From: Takakia lepidozioides
Taxonomy: Eukaryota > Plantae > Bryophyta
Assembly: GCA_030704615.1 (NCBI GenBank)
Contig: CM060731.1
Coordinates: 42,098,001-42,162,000, forward strand
Length of the DNA stretch: 64,000 nucleotides
Direction: 5' to 3'
Each line of letters starts with the position of its first letter. The stretch's first letter is position 1. Position numbers and translations under genes: made by a program. This document shows positions 62,975 through 64,000 of this stretch, piece after piece. A model generated the notes under the pieces. It did not search any database and was not told the origin of the DNA. It saw only the letters and a list, made by a program, of their open reading frames with translations.

Positions 62975-64000
62975 CGCCAGACCCAGCAGGACAATCTTTA
63001 CAAATAAGAGAAACCATGAACTCTGTGAGCTATCTGCTTATGTCATCCTTTGGAAAATGGCCATAGCTCACTAAGCTCAAGAGTTTTCAGCAGATCAGAA
63101 TCGTTACAGTTGATGGTTGACGAGCACCTGTCCACTTTCAGTTGATAGGTTGCTAACACGTGGAAGTCTTGTCTGTGCAAGCAGTGGTGTAAAGTGCAGC
63201 AGAGAAGTGTGCGGGATCTGAGGCCAATCGCTCATCGGGATGTGGGCCATGGCTTTGGCATCTTGCAGCCTCGATCTCTGGTTAGTTTGTCGAAGTATGG
63301 GGGAGACGACTATATATTTATCTGCAATGCATTTGGGGTAGAAGATACTGCTCGGTAGTAATGGTTGCAATGTTTGGTGTACATGTCCAGTCTGGCACCG
63401 ATGCTTCGGAAACCCGTTTACATTTCCCGGACGCTGGTACAAACTACATTGCTAATGAAAGGTCTAAAGTTCTAATCTTGCGGGTCACCTTAATCCTTCA
63501 AGAATCGGTAGGTCAGGTGCGTAGACTCTGTTGGAGCAACTCTGCGATAACATACTCCGAAATGCACTACAGGGTTTTACTTATGTACGCACTAATGCTT
63601 GTGATACTCGTATTTTGTTGTGCACTTCCGAGTTATCTCTGTGTGTGAGTATAGCTGGTATGGTGAAGAAGTGGACCATTTCTTCAAATCAGTACCTCTT
63701 CAAATTCGCAGCGCTTTAGTCCGCCTCCCTCCCTCTCTTTCCGTTTTGAATCCTCAAGGTGATATGGACTTGGGTCCGTGCATATTCTCAGGTTTGATCT
63801 AGCAGGTTGGTGTTATTCGCAGTTGTCGTTCGTTCTCAAGGCGAGGTCTGCATGCGGGAGCTTCATAATGGCGTGCCTAGCCCACACGCTAACAGGCAGT
63901 CCTCACTCTCTGCAACCGCCCTCTGTTACGATAAAGCGGTCCCCCTTTCTCTCGTCCTCCTTAGTATCGCAACAAACCTCCATCATCCATAGCCAACGAT

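Noticed and set aside
59225-63066. Numerous plus-strand ORFs opposite PWD (likewise opposite PPR, SEC15 and the LINE)
   Set aside because: These are antisense shadows of real coding sequence with no independent motifs.

Overview
This is eukaryotic nuclear DNA from a land plant. The gene set and intron style suggest a non-seed, bryophyte-like plant, which is an inference. Ten protein-coding genes were read by eye, in order: BDP1-like TFIIIB subunit (-), CRP1-like P-type PPR protein (+), VPS24 (-), SEC15 (+), SEC6 (-, about 25 exons), an HMA-domain protein with a His/Tyr repeat tail (-), a renalase-like FAD oxidoreductase (-), an intronless F-box gene (+), an AGO4-clade Argonaute (+, about 23 exons, DEDH tetrad intact) and an intronless phosphoglucan water dikinase PWD/GWD3 (-). 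A disrupted ~4.5 kb APE-RT LINE lies at ~10590-15109, and three 5'-truncated copies of it occur elsewhere in the window. All four copies end a few nt after the ORF stop position without a poly(A) tail and share an invariant 14-nt hairpin. Two copies have 14-bp TSDs and one has a twin-priming-type 5' inversion. Other notable items are an orphan RidA terminal exon inside a SEC6 intron, a VPS24-SEC15-SEC6 trafficking trio, G-rich 3' splice sites (one with a (GGGT)5 G-quadruplex motif), several local tandem duplications and F-box relics. No rRNA, intact tRNA or CRISPR array was found. Exon borders are manual and unverified by transcript data.
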